Shown here in pieces: positions 31,216 to 40,830 of a stretch of 64,000 nt of DNA. The stretch's first letter is position 1. Each line of letters begins with the position of its first letter. The stretch lies in assembly GCA_944388605.1 (NCBI GenBank), contig CALXJJ010000003.1, forward strand, positions 3,091 through 67,090. The letters are read 5' to 3'. The notes under the pieces were generated by a model. It was not told the origin of the DNA and did not search any database. It saw nothing but the letters and a program-made list of their open reading frames with translations. The position numbers were made by a program, and so were the translations under genes. Source of the stretch: an uncultured Clostridia bacterium. Its GTDB lineage: Bacteria > Bacillota > Clostridia > TANB77 > CAG-508.

Positions 31216-31272
31216 AACAAATCGGAAAGCCTTAAAATTTATATTAATTTTATCTTTCCTATTGTATAAAAT
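31216..31272 (+). repeat. mosaic intergenic repeat/promoter module (X plus Y) upstream of asd
   Basis: GAACAAATCGGAAAGCCTTAAAATTTATATTAATTTTATCTTTCCTATTGTATAAAAT. ACAAATCGGAAAG pairs with CTTTCCTATTGT as a long hairpin, and TGTATAAAAT resembles an extended -10. Confidence 0.6.
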
Positions 31273-31312
31273 AAATATTTGTATATTCTAACTATTATTA
31301 AGGAGTGACTTT

Positions 31313-32314
31313 ATGAAAAGTTATAAATTTGCTTTAGTAGGTGCAACTGGAATTGTTGGTCAAACAGCATGTAAAGTTTTAGAAGAAAAAAAACTGCCTA
31401 TTTCTAAATATGCCTTTTTTGCTTCTTCAAAATCTGTTGGTAAAACTATTCATTTCTTAGGTAATGAATACCATGTTGAAGAATTAACAGAACATTCTTT
31501 TGATGAAGGTTTTGATTTTGCTATTTTTTCAGCTGGTGCAGATATTGCTAGAAAATTTGCACCAATTGCTGTTTCAAAGGGATGTATTGTTATTGATAAC
31601 AGCAGTGCTTTTAGAATGGATCCTAATATACCTTTAGTAGTTCCAGAAGTTAATTCTAATGAATTAAAGAATCATAATGGAATTATAGCAAACCCAAATT
31701 GTTCTACAATACAAGCTGTTGTAGCATTAAAACCATTAGATGAAAAATATGATATAAAAAGAATTGTTTATTCTACATATCAAGCTGTATCTGGTGCTGG
31801 AAGTAAAGGAATTTTAGATTTAGAAAATGGTATAAAAAACTATCATAAACATAATGATTATTCACTACAAAAATTTCCTTACCCTATTTTTAATAACTGT
31901 CTTCCACATATAGATGTATTTATGGAAAATGGATATACAAAAGAAGAAGAAAAAATGATAAATGAAACAAGAAAAATATTAAATAAACCAGATTTGAAAA
32001 TTACAGCAACTACTGTTAGAGTTCCTGTTTCTAACTCTCATAGTGAATCTATAAATATTGAATTTAATAAAGATTTTGATTTGTCTGAATTGAAAGATAT
32101 TTTGAAAAATTCACCTGGTATTATATTACAAGATGATATGACCTCTAATATTTATCCACTAGCAATTAATGCAAGTGGTCATGATGAAGTATTTGTTGGT
32201 AGAATTCGAAAAGATTTTAGTGTTCCTTATGGAATCAACTTATGGGTGGTAGCAGACAATATAAGAAAAGGAGCTGCAACTAATGCTATCCAAATAATGC
32301 AAAATTTAATGTAA
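31313..32314 (+). CDS. asd: aspartate-semialdehyde dehydrogenase
   Basis: 333 aa; N-terminal NAD-binding GATGIVG and the catalytic Cys region NPNCSTI. Confidence 0.9.
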   Translation: MKSYKFALVGATGIVGQTACKVLEEKKLPISKYAFFASSKSVGKTIHFLGNEYHVEELTEHSFDEGFDFAIFSAGADIARKFAPIAVSKGCIVIDNSSAFRMDPNIPLVVPEVNSNELKNHNGIIANPNCSTIQAVVALKPLDEKYDIKRIVYSTYQAVSGAGSKGILDLENGIKNYHKHNDYSLQKFPYPIFNNCLPHIDVFMENGYTKEEEKMINETRKILNKPDLKITATTVRVPVSNSHSESINIEFNKDFDLSELKDILKNSPGIILQDDMTSNIYPLAINASGHDEVFVGRIRKDFSVPYGINLWVVADNIRKGAATNAIQIMQNLM

Positions 32315-32395
32315 ATAGTATTCCATTTTTTGCATTTTTATCATATAATGTATGTAGAGAAATATAAATATATTTTCTAATTATCTTATTTTACG

Positions 32396-32475
32396 ACAAC
32401 AATAGAGCAAATTGGAAAGTCTTAAAACTTGTACTAATTTTATTTTTACTCTTTGACTTTCCTATTGTATGAAAA
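32396..32475 (+). repeat. mosaic intergenic repeat/promoter module (X' plus Y, then a Z-like GCAATTTTTCTGC) upstream of dapA
   Basis: AGCAAATTGGAAAGTCTTAAAACTTGTACTAATTTTATTTTTACTCTTTGACTTTCCTATTGTATGAAAA, followed by TTGCAATTTTTCTGCTCAA. The last piece matches GCAATTTTTCTGTGCAA in the tRNA-Trp-adjacent repeat. Confidence 0.55.
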
Positions 32476-32580
32476 AATTATGTTGCAATTTTTCTGCTCA
32501 AAAATAACCTCTAATATTTTAATAATTTTAGAGGCTATTTTTGAAATTGTTTACATATGTCGGTAAAGGAATGATATTTT

Positions 32581-33468
32581 ATGACTAAAAAAATTTTATT
32601 TAAAGGATGTGGTACTGCCATCTCCACACCATTTACAAATGATGGCGTTAATTTTGAAGCTTTAGGAAAATTACTTGAAAATCAAATACAAAATAATGTA
32701 GATGCTATAATTGTATGTGGCACTACTGGAGAAGCTTCTACAATGACCACAAAAGAAAAACATGATACTATTAAATTTACTGTTGATACAGTTGCCAAAA
32801 GAGTTCCTGTTATTGCAGGAACAGGTGGAAATAATACTGCAAATGCAATCGAAATGTGTAAAATGGCTGAAGAGCTGGGAGTTGATGGACTTTTAATTGT
32901 AACTCCTTATTATAATAAAACAACTCAAAATGGTCTTATTGCCCATTATACTGAAATTGCAAAAAATACAACTCTGCCTATAATTATGTATAATGTTCCT
33001 AGTAGAACTGGAGTAAATATACTTCCAGAGACCTGTTTTGAATTATCTAAAATAGAAAATATAATAGCTATTAAAGAAGCAAGTGGTAATCTTTCTCAAG
33101 TAGCAAAAATAGCTTCTTTATGTAAAGAAAATCTTTGCATTTATTCAGGTAATGATGATCAAATATTACCTTTATTATCACTTGGAGGATATGGTGTAAT
33201 ATCTGTTCTTTCTAATATTGCTCCAAAATATACTCATGATATGGTACAAAATTTTTTAGATAATAATATAGAAAAAGCAAAAGAAATGCAATTAAATTGT
33301 TTAAATTTAGTTGATGCTTTGTTTTGTGAAGTAAACCCTATTCCTGTTAAAGAAGCTTTAAATATATTGGGATATAATTATGGAACTCCAAGACTTCCTT
33401 TAATTGAACTTTCTGAAAAAGGTAAAAACAAACTAATATCAGCTATGAAAGATTTTGGACTTATTTAA
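32581..33468 (+). CDS. dapA: 4-hydroxy-tetrahydrodipicolinate synthase
   Basis: 295 aa TIM-barrel class I aldolase family. Confidence 0.9.
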   Translation: MTKKILFKGCGTAISTPFTNDGVNFEALGKLLENQIQNNVDAIIVCGTTGEASTMTTKEKHDTIKFTVDTVAKRVPVIAGTGGNNTANAIEMCKMAEELGVDGLLIVTPYYNKTTQNGLIAHYTEIAKNTTLPIIMYNVPSRTGVNILPETCFELSKIENIIAIKEASGNLSQVAKIASLCKENLCIYSGNDDQILPLLSLGGYGVISVLSNIAPKYTHDMVQNFLDNNIEKAKEMQLNCLNLVDALFCEVNPIPVKEALNILGYNYGTPRLPLIELSEKGKNKLISAMKDFGLI

Positions 33469-33593
33469 TCTTTTCATCTATATATACAAAAAAATTAATA
33501 TTTTATGAATTTTATTTTATTTATGAAATTTTTATGCTATAATTTTTATATAAGCTTCACTAATGTTTTTAGTGATTAAAAAAGGGGTTTCTA

Positions 33594-34136
33594 ATGAAAA
33601 GTGTAGAAAAAAGAAAAGAACTTATTAATGATTTTGAAGAAATTATACAAGACTTAATAATAAATGAAAAAGTTCTAAAAATGCAAGAATTTAATCAACA
33701 TTATAATACAACGTGTTTTGAACATTGTCATAATGTTGCATTTTATTCATATATTATATGTCGCAAATTAAATTTAGATTATATATCTGCTTCACGTGCT
33801 GGTATGTTACATGACCTATTTTTATATAATTGGCGAAACAGTAGGAAAACAATACCTTTAGATGGATATCATGCTTTTGTTCATCCTAAAATTGCTTTAA
33901 AAAATGCAATGGATCAATTTAATTTAAATGAAAAAGAACAAGATATAATACTAAAACATATGTGGCCTCTAACAATACGTTTGCCTAGATACATAGAATC
34001 TTACATTGTTAGTTTCGTAGATAAATATTGTGCAATTTTAGAATCTCGTAATTATTATATTGAATGGCTTAGAAGCAAAAAAATATATAAGTATGCTTAT
34101 ATATTTCTTACAATGTTCTTTTTTAGAATTTTTTGA
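33594..34136 (+). CDS. HD-domain metal-dependent phosphohydrolase
   Basis: 180 aa; H...HD metal ligands (CFEHCHNVAFYS...GMLHDLF). It is inserted between dapA and dapB. Confidence 0.6.
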   Translation: MKSVEKRKELINDFEEIIQDLIINEKVLKMQEFNQHYNTTCFEHCHNVAFYSYIICRKLNLDYISASRAGMLHDLFLYNWRNSRKTIPLDGYHAFVHPKIALKNAMDQFNLNEKEQDIILKHMWPLTIRLPRYIESYIVSFVDKYCAILESRNYYIEWLRSKKIYKYAYIFLTMFFFRIF

Positions 34137-34259
34137 TAATTTAGTAAAATTTGGCATGTGAACAATAAACGCGGGCTTTAAAATGTTATCAACAGAGAAA
34201 AAAATCTAAAAAGCCCGCTATTGTTTTTAATCTATATTTTATTTCTAGGAGGTATTAAA

Positions 34260-35042
34260 TTGATAAATATTTTAGTTAATGGTTGTAATGGCAAAATGGG
34301 ACAAGAAGTCGTTAAACAAATTGATAAAGTTGATGATATGAATTTGATTGGTGGTTTTGATAAAGAAAATACAGGAATTTTCACTTTCCCTGTATATACT
34401 TCTTGGGAAGAAGTATATAATGTTATATATAGCAAATGTAATAAATTTTCAGAAAAACCTGATGCTATTATAGATTTTTCAGTTCCAGTTGCTACTTTTG
34501 CTATGCTAGATTTTGCAAAAGAGCATAAAATCCCTGTAGTTATTGCTACAACTGGCTTCACAAATGACGAATTAAATAAAATAAAAAAATATAGTGAATA
34601 TATTCCTATATTTCGTTCTTCAAATATGTCTTTTGATATTAATTTGATGTGTAAAATTGTTTCTTGGATTGCTCCACTTCTAAGTGATACTGATATAGAA
34701 ATTACAGAAACTCATCATAACAGGAAAATAGATAGTCCAAGTGGAACAGCACTCATGTTAGCTGATAAGATTAATCAAGCTTTAAATAATAAATTACACT
34801 ATGAATTTAATAGGCATGATAAACGCTCGAAAAGAGATAAAAATGAAATTGGATTTTCTTCAATTAGAGGTGGCAATATTGTTGGTGAACATATTGTACA
34901 ATTCTTTGGTGAATATGAATCTTTTGAAATAAAACATACTTCTTATTCAAGAAATGTATTTGCAGAAGGTGCTTTAAAAGCTACTAAGTTCCTAATTAAT
35001 AAGCCATCTGGTTTATATAATATGGATGATATATTAAAATAA
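34260..35042 (+). CDS. dapB: 4-hydroxy-tetrahydrodipicolinate reductase
   Basis: The DapB signature HHNRKIDSPSGTA is present. The start is placed at the in-frame TTG (LINILVNGCNGKMG), which has an AGGAGG RBS 7 nt upstream; the ORF-track ATG at 34221 would overlap that RBS. Confidence 0.85.
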   Translation: MINILVNGCNGKMGQEVVKQIDKVDDMNLIGGFDKENTGIFTFPVYTSWEEVYNVIYSKCNKFSEKPDAIIDFSVPVATFAMLDFAKEHKIPVVIATTGFTNDELNKIKKYSEYIPIFRSSNMSFDINLMCKIVSWIAPLLSDTDIEITETHHNRKIDSPSGTALMLADKINQALNNKLHYEFNRHDKRSKRDKNEIGFSSIRGGNIVGEHIVQFFGEYESFEIKHTSYSRNVFAEGALKATKFLINKPSGLYNMDDILK

Positions 35043-35185
35043 TTACAAATTTAAAATCCTAAAAATTTGTAATTATTTTAACTTTTTCCTTTACTTTTTA
35101 GTTAACTTGCATGCAATGCTAAAATATATCTACTTTTATATAATAGAGAAGATTACTTTTCTATTATATAATTATTTTGTATTTT

Positions 35186-35596
35186 TTAAAATATATTTTG
35201 TATTGTCAATGCTGTTTTATCTCTTATATGTTCTAATATAAATTTACATTTTTCTATTCCAGATATAGCTTGTTTATAATCTTTTACTTCTATATTTCCA
35301 TTTATAGCAACTATTTCTGTTTTAACTTTTTCCAATTCATCATGTTCTATATAATATGCCATTTTTTTATACATATCACTCCAATTATTATTAATCTCTT
35401 TCATAATTTCTTCTGCTTCATAATTTTCTTCCTCTTCTTCTTTATTTATTAAATATTGCTTTAAATCTTCAATATTTTTATTCAATACTTCTACACATTT
35501 CTTTGTATAGTTTTGAGTTACAATATTACCTATAACTACTAATCCTACTATTAATATCGTAATTACAATTTCTTTTTTAAAAGTACTTTTCATCAT
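35186..35596 (-). CDS. DUF4363-family protein (membrane-anchored partner of DUF421)
   Basis: The start is placed at the internal MMKSTFKK, so that the gene is stop/start-coupled to the upstream DUF421 gene. It has a single N-terminal TM helix and an acidic, coiled-coil-like ectodomain. Confidence 0.5.
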   Translation of the reverse strand: MMKSTFKKEIVITILIVGLVVIGNIVTQNYTKKCVEVLNKNIEDLKQYLINKEEEEENYEAEEIMKEINNNWSDMYKKMAYYIEHDELEKVKTEIVAINGNIEVKDYKQAISGIEKCKFILEHIRDKTALTIQNIF

Positions 35597-35603
35597 ATTC
35601 TCC

Positions 35604-36290
35604 TTACATTTCTTTTTCTTGGCAAAACATTTGCTTTTTTCCATCATAAGTTACAATAAGTGCCTTATCAGGAGTTATTTTAAATTTTGCGACTTGACTT
35701 CTTAACCATTCTTCATCTTTTCCTATTCTTTTTAAATTTTCATGCATAATTTTTCCATCTACTATTAAGTCATATGGTATTCCTTCATATTCTGGCATTA
35801 TATTTAAGTCTTCTGGAGTAACATTTCTTTTGTTTGGTTTTTGTATTACAGTTACCTGTCCACTAGTCTCCAATATAGCATATTCCACATCTCCTATATT
35901 AAATACATTATTTGTTCTTAATCTTTCTTGCAACTCATTTATTGTAAATCTTTCTTTTTTTAATTCATTTTCCTGAATTCTTCCTCTATATATTAATATA
36001 CTTGGTTTTCCACACATCATTTCTCTTATTCTTATACTTTTTAAATTAAAATATGAAATTAATAAATGCATTACTAATAATCCTAAAATTGCTATAATTC
36101 CATTTGATATAGGAATACCAGGATCAGACATCGGAATTGAAGCCAAATCTGCTATCATTATAGATATCGCAAGTTCAAACGGTTGTAACTGACCTATCTC
36201 TCTCTTCCCCATTAATCTCATTATAATTAAAACTAATATATATAATAAAATTGCTCTAAAAAAAGTTATTATCAAATACTTCATCTCCAT
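35604..36290 (-). CDS. DUF421 (YetF-like) membrane protein
   Basis: 228 aa; an N-terminal 2-3 TM region plus a C-terminal soluble YetF-like domain. Confidence 0.55.
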   Translation of the reverse strand: MEMKYLIITFFRAILLYILVLIIMRLMGKREIGQLQPFELAISIMIADLASIPMSDPGIPISNGIIAILGLLVMHLLISYFNLKSIRIREMMCGKPSILIYRGRIQENELKKERFTINELQERLRTNNVFNIGDVEYAILETSGQVTVIQKPNKRNVTPEDLNIMPEYEGIPYDLIVDGKIMHENLKRIGKDEEWLRSQVAKFKITPDKALIVTYDGKKQMFCQEKEM

Positions 36291-36457
36291 TCAGCCTAGA
36301 TTTAATTTTACAAAAATTTACTTTTATTATATTTTGCCTTTTTTTTATAAATTTATTCAAAATAAGAATATTTTTTTTCAAATAGTTAATAATAAATATA
36401 GGAAAATTGCAAATTTTATTTTGCTTTATTTCCTATGGTTATTTAAAGGGAGGTATA

Positions 36458-36835
36458 AATATGACAGACAATCAAGCAAGTAGCCAATCAAAAGGTAAAA
36501 GTACAGTATTACAAATAGTAGGACGTTTAGTAGTTGCTGCTATTGTCCTTGGTATTACAGCTTTTTTTACACCTGGTTTCAGTATTAATAATCTTTGGTC
36601 TTTAGTAGCTGCAGCAATTGTTCTTTCTATTATAGATTACTTAATTGTAAAGTTTACAGGTTTACATGCAAGTAGCTTTGGAAAAGGATTCGTAGGATTT
36701 GTTCTTTCTGCAATCGTTTTATATGTTACTCAATTTTTTGTAGCTGGTTATTCTATATCTTGGATGGCTGCAATAATAGGCGCTTTAGTCTATGGTATTG
36801 TTGATTATTTCTTGCCAGGTGAACAACAGGTTTAA
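36458..36835 (+). CDS. small integral membrane protein (4-TM, phage-holin-like / YndM-like family)
   Basis: An AAAGGGAGG RBS precedes ATG 36461 (MTDNQASS...). Four hydrophobic helices follow. Family assignment is uncertain. Confidence 0.45.
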   Translation, partial: NMTDNQASSQSKGKSTVLQIVGRLVVAAIVLGITAFFTPGFSINNLWSLVAAAIVLSIIDYLIVKFTGLHASSFGKGFVGFVLSAIVLYVTQFFVAGYSISWMAAIIGALVYGIVDYFLPGEQQV

Positions 36836-36982
36836 TTATAATAAATTGCCATAATGTATATATACACGTATTTCAAAACCTTGTTGTCTAAGAAAAAATA
36901 TAAGCTTTATTGCACACAAATTTAATCACTAAATCTGTGTGCAATAAAGCTTACATATTTAAAATTTAATATACAATACATT

Positions 36983-37687
36983 TTATTTTAAAATTGTTTT
37001 TTCATTTTCTTCGAACTGTATTATACATTTGTTATACACTCTTTTTTGTGCTGGTACAAAACCTTTTACAGATGTTAATGGATAAATCCAACTATATGGT
37101 CCTATAAATGTTCCTGGTATTAATGCACTATTTGCCCCAACTCTTGAATAATCTCCTAAAATACAGCCAAAGAAATCATCTCCAGTATCTATTCTTCTTC
37201 CATCTTGTAATTTTACAGTTATATTTTTTTGGTCAAATCTTCTATTTGCTGTAATTACTCCTGAACCTATTCTTGCACTTTTTCCAAGTATACTATCCCC
37301 TACAAATGCAAGTGATGCAACTTTTGATCCATTTTGCATAATAGAATTTTTTACTTCAGAATTAAATCCAACACTACATTTATTTCCTAAAATTGTCCCT
37401 GGTCTAATATAAGCTCCTGGTTTTATTTCACAATTTTCTCCTATATATACAGGTCCTTCTATTGTTGCACCATTATATATTTTGGTTCCTTTCCCAATAT
37501 AATAGTTTCCAATAAGAGTAACATTTCCTATTGCGTCTCCTCTATTTTCTTGACTTGTTACATTTTCTTCAATAAATTTTTTTGCATTCTTTTTTAAATC
37601 CCATACATTTTTTACATCTTTAGTTAATTTTTTAAAAATTTCGTTATCTTCATAATTACTAAAATAATAATCTAATCCTAATTCCAT
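36983..37687 (-). CDS. left-handed beta-helix (hexapeptide-repeat) protein, GlmU C-terminal-like
   Basis: 234 aa with successive [LIV]-G-x-x-x-x hexapeptide repeats (IGENCEIKPGAYIRPGTILGNKCSVGFNSEV...). It lies immediately downstream of the UDPGP-family gene. Confidence 0.55.
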   Translation of the reverse strand: MELGLDYYFSNYEDNEIFKKLTKDVKNVWDLKKNAKKFIEENVTSQENRGDAIGNVTLIGNYYIGKGTKIYNGATIEGPVYIGENCEIKPGAYIRPGTILGNKCSVGFNSEVKNSIMQNGSKVASLAFVGDSILGKSARIGSGVITANRRFDQKNITVKLQDGRRIDTGDDFFGCILGDYSRVGANSALIPGTFIGPYSWIYPLTSVKGFVPAQKRVYNKCIIQFEENEKTILK

Positions 37688-37720
37688 TACTTATCACATT
37701 CCTTTCATAAATGACAAATA

Positions 37721-38947
37721 TTATATTAGATTCCTTTTCATAAAATTATTATATAATTTTGTTGCTGTTTCTGGGCTGTCATTACCTTCTTTATTTTTGA
37801 TTGGAGCAAATTCATTTTCTCTTTTTACACGTAAAAGTGTCATATCTTCAAATTCTTCAAATGCATCAAATATAAAACTTTCAAATTTATATGCATTTGG
37901 TGTATCAGGTTTTATTAAATTTCCACTTTCATCTAAATACTCTGCTTTTTTATGTGCTACATGATATGGCATATTTTTATTTGCTATTTTTTCAAGTGCT
38001 TTTATATTAAATAAATGACTAATAATATTAGTATCTCCATATACGAAGTCTCCGTTTTCATCAACTTCTTCTGCTAGATCCTTTGGTGTTTCTGTATACT
38101 CAATTACTTTTGGTCTTCCATTTACTTTACAAAATACTCCAACTTTTTCATATGCATCTCTTTTTATTATTGATTTAGATGCAATAATATTTCCTTCTTC
38201 TATTGTAAGTCCAGTTAATAGTGGATCTATAAATTTTAATAAAACATTGTCTACTCCTCCTATAAAAATCCACTCTATTTCTCTTTTCCTCATATCTTCT
38301 AGAATTCCGTCTCTATCTAGTGACGCATATATACTTCCATTTCCATCAGAAGCTTCTTTTATTATTTTATGTTCATTTATAAGAAGTTTTCCATCATCTG
38401 ATATTAATGGCATTTCTCCTTGTTTAAAGAATTTAACTTTATCGCTTGGATATCCAAAGAAATTATGTATTTTTAAAAAATTTTCTGTTTCATCATTATT
38501 CTCTTTTGAAGTCATTATATACCACATAATTGTAGTACCATATTTCTCTTGTGCTTTTTTTAATTCATCTATTATTATTTCAAACAAATATTTTGGTCCA
38601 TTTACAGTATTTATTTTATATGTACCTTTTGGACCTGTATGCCCTAGTCTTGTTCCTTGCCCACCTGCCATAGTTATAACAGCATATTTATTTTGTTTAA
38701 TTATTTTCTCACCTATATCTTCTAATTCTTTAGTCTCTTTTTCTGAAAGCTTTTCTTTATTAGTATATGGCATATGTTCTATTATACTAGCTTCTAAGTT
38801 TTTCCTATTTTTCACACTATTATATAAATTAATTATTGTATCAAAGTCAAAACTTAATATTTGTTCTTCTAATTTTGGATTATTTTCTAAAAATTTTATA
38901 ATATGTTCTTGTTTATATCTTTTTAATAGTTCTTCTGCAACCAACAT
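37721..38947 (-). CDS. UDPGP-family (eukaryote-type UAP1-like) UDP-sugar / UDP-N-acetylhexosamine pyrophosphorylase
   Basis: 408 aa; a nucleotide-binding loop (MAGGQGTRLG) in a UDPGP-type fold. Confidence 0.7.
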   Translation of the reverse strand: MLVAEELLKRYKQEHIIKFLENNPKLEEQILSFDFDTIINLYNSVKNRKNLEASIIEHMPYTNKEKLSEKETKELEDIGEKIIKQNKYAVITMAGGQGTRLGHTGPKGTYKINTVNGPKYLFEIIIDELKKAQEKYGTTIMWYIMTSKENNDETENFLKIHNFFGYPSDKVKFFKQGEMPLISDDGKLLINEHKIIKEASDGNGSIYASLDRDGILEDMRKREIEWIFIGGVDNVLLKFIDPLLTGLTIEEGNIIASKSIIKRDAYEKVGVFCKVNGRPKVIEYTETPKDLAEEVDENGDFVYGDTNIISHLFNIKALEKIANKNMPYHVAHKKAEYLDESGNLIKPDTPNAYKFESFIFDAFEEFEDMTLLRVKRENEFAPIKNKEGNDSPETATKLYNNFMKRNLI

Positions 38948-39182
38948 ATGTTTTCATCCTTTCTTCTTTATACTATGCTATTTTATCACAATGAGAAAAA
39001 TATATCAAGTTTTATTAGATTTTATGCATAAGTATTTTAAATTGTTAATATACATTAATAAAGTTTATTGTACAAACGTATTCTCAAACTTAGTTAGAAT
39101 TGGAGGTTTTTATAGTGTGAAAATAAAATAGAAATACTTAATAATTTTTTATAAGAGCTAAAAATCGCTCGAGGAGGTTAAA

Positions 39183-40664
39183 ATGGAGGAAAATTTAAAA
39201 TTATATCAAGATATAGCTAATCGTACTGATGGTGACATTTATGTTGGAGTTGTTGGTCCTGTCAGAACTGGTAAATCTACTTTTATTAAAAGATTCATGG
39301 ATTTATTAGTAATTCCTAATATTGACAATGAATTTAAAAAGCAAAGGGCTTTGGATGAATTACCTCAAAGTGCGTCAGGTAGAACAATAATGACAACAGA
39401 ACCTAAATTCATCCCTAATGAAGCTGTAGAAATTACAGTTGGTAATAATATAAAGTTAAAAACAAGAATGGTTGATTGTGTTGGATATTTAGTAAATAAT
39501 GCTATAGGATATTTAGAAAATGATATGCCTAGAATGGTAAAAACTCCTTGGTCAGATGAAGAAATTCCTTTTGAAAAAGCTGCTGAAATTGGCACTAAAA
39601 AAGTAATAGAAGAACATTCTACAATTGGAATTTTAATAACAACTGATGGTAGCATTACAGATATTCCTAGAGAAGATTACATAGAAGCTGAGGAAAGAGT
39701 TGTAAGAGAACTAAAAGAAATAAATAAACCTTTTATAATTCTATTAAATTCTAATAATCCTTCTTCTGAATATACAAGAGCATTATCAATAAAGTTGGAA
39801 GAAAAATATCAAACTTCAGTTATTGCTACTGATTGCTCTAATTTAACAATAGAAGATATCAATTCAATATTTTCTAAAATACTATATGAATTTCCTATTG
39901 AAAGAGTTAATATAAAATTACCAAAATGGGTTGATGCTCTTTCAAATGAGCATTGGTTGAAACAAGAAATATTTACAGAAATAAAAAATGCATTTAATGA
40001 TATTAAAATCTTAAAACAAGTAGATAATGCAATAGATCTATTGCAAAAAACAGAAGTTATTGAAAGATCTATATTAGATGAAATTATTTTAGGAAGTGGA
40101 TTTGTTAATATTTCTATAGAATTAATTGATACTTTATTCTATAAAGTATTAACAGAAATTTCTGGAGTTGAAGTAACTAATGAAGGAGATTTATTCTCTA
40201 CTATAACTTCTTTGGCACAAACTAAAAAAGAGTATGATAAAATATCATATGCATTAAATCAAGCAAAATCTGTAGGCTATGGAATTGTTACTCCTTCTAT
40301 GGATGAATTGATATTAGATGAACCAGAAATGGTAAAACAAGGAACTCGCTATGGAGTAAAATTAAAGGCTCGTGCTCCAAGTTTACACATTATTAAAGCA
40401 GATATTGAAACTGAAGTCTCTCCTATTGTAGGTTCAGAAAAGCAATCTGAAGAATTAGTTAATTATTTACTTTCTGAGTTTGAAAGTGATCCTAAAAAGA
40501 TCTGGGAATCAAACATATTTGGAAAAAGTTTGCATGAATTAGTAAATGAAGGTCTTCAAAATAAATTATGTAAAATGCCAGAAGATGCACAATATAAATT
40601 GCAAGAAACATTAGAAAGAATTGTAAATGAAGGTAGTGGTGGCTTAATCTGTATAATACTTTAA
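39183..40664 (+). CDS. spoIVA: stage IV sporulation protein A (spore coat morphogenetic ATPase)
   Basis: 493 aa; the N-terminal Walker A GVVGPVRTGKST and overall SpoIVA architecture. Confidence 0.9.
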   Translation: MEENLKLYQDIANRTDGDIYVGVVGPVRTGKSTFIKRFMDLLVIPNIDNEFKKQRALDELPQSASGRTIMTTEPKFIPNEAVEITVGNNIKLKTRMVDCVGYLVNNAIGYLENDMPRMVKTPWSDEEIPFEKAAEIGTKKVIEEHSTIGILITTDGSITDIPREDYIEAEERVVRELKEINKPFIILLNSNNPSSEYTRALSIKLEEKYQTSVIATDCSNLTIEDINSIFSKILYEFPIERVNIKLPKWVDALSNEHWLKQEIFTEIKNAFNDIKILKQVDNAIDLLQKTEVIERSILDEIILGSGFVNISIELIDTLFYKVLTEISGVEVTNEGDLFSTITSLAQTKKEYDKISYALNQAKSVGYGIVTPSMDELILDEPEMVKQGTRYGVKLKARAPSLHIIKADIETEVSPIVGSEKQSEELVNYLLSEFESDPKKIWESNIFGKSLHELVNEGLQNKLCKMPEDAQYKLQETLERIVNEGSGGLICIIL

Positions 40665-40830
40665 TCATTAAATTTCGCTCCTTAAATAACTTCTCACTAT
40701 TCTTATGGTTTAAGTTTTCTCTTTTAATTTTATAATAGTAAAATAAATCTCAATTTGCAAGATTTATTTTACTATTTTTGTATATTTTTTCTTTTTACGG
40801 GAAAAATTATTTTAAAAGGAGATTTATACT

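Noticed and set aside
38247-39131. 294-aa plus-strand ORF
   Set aside because: It is antisense to the UDPGP-family gene with a low-complexity Ser/Phe/Ile-rich translation. A shadow ORF.
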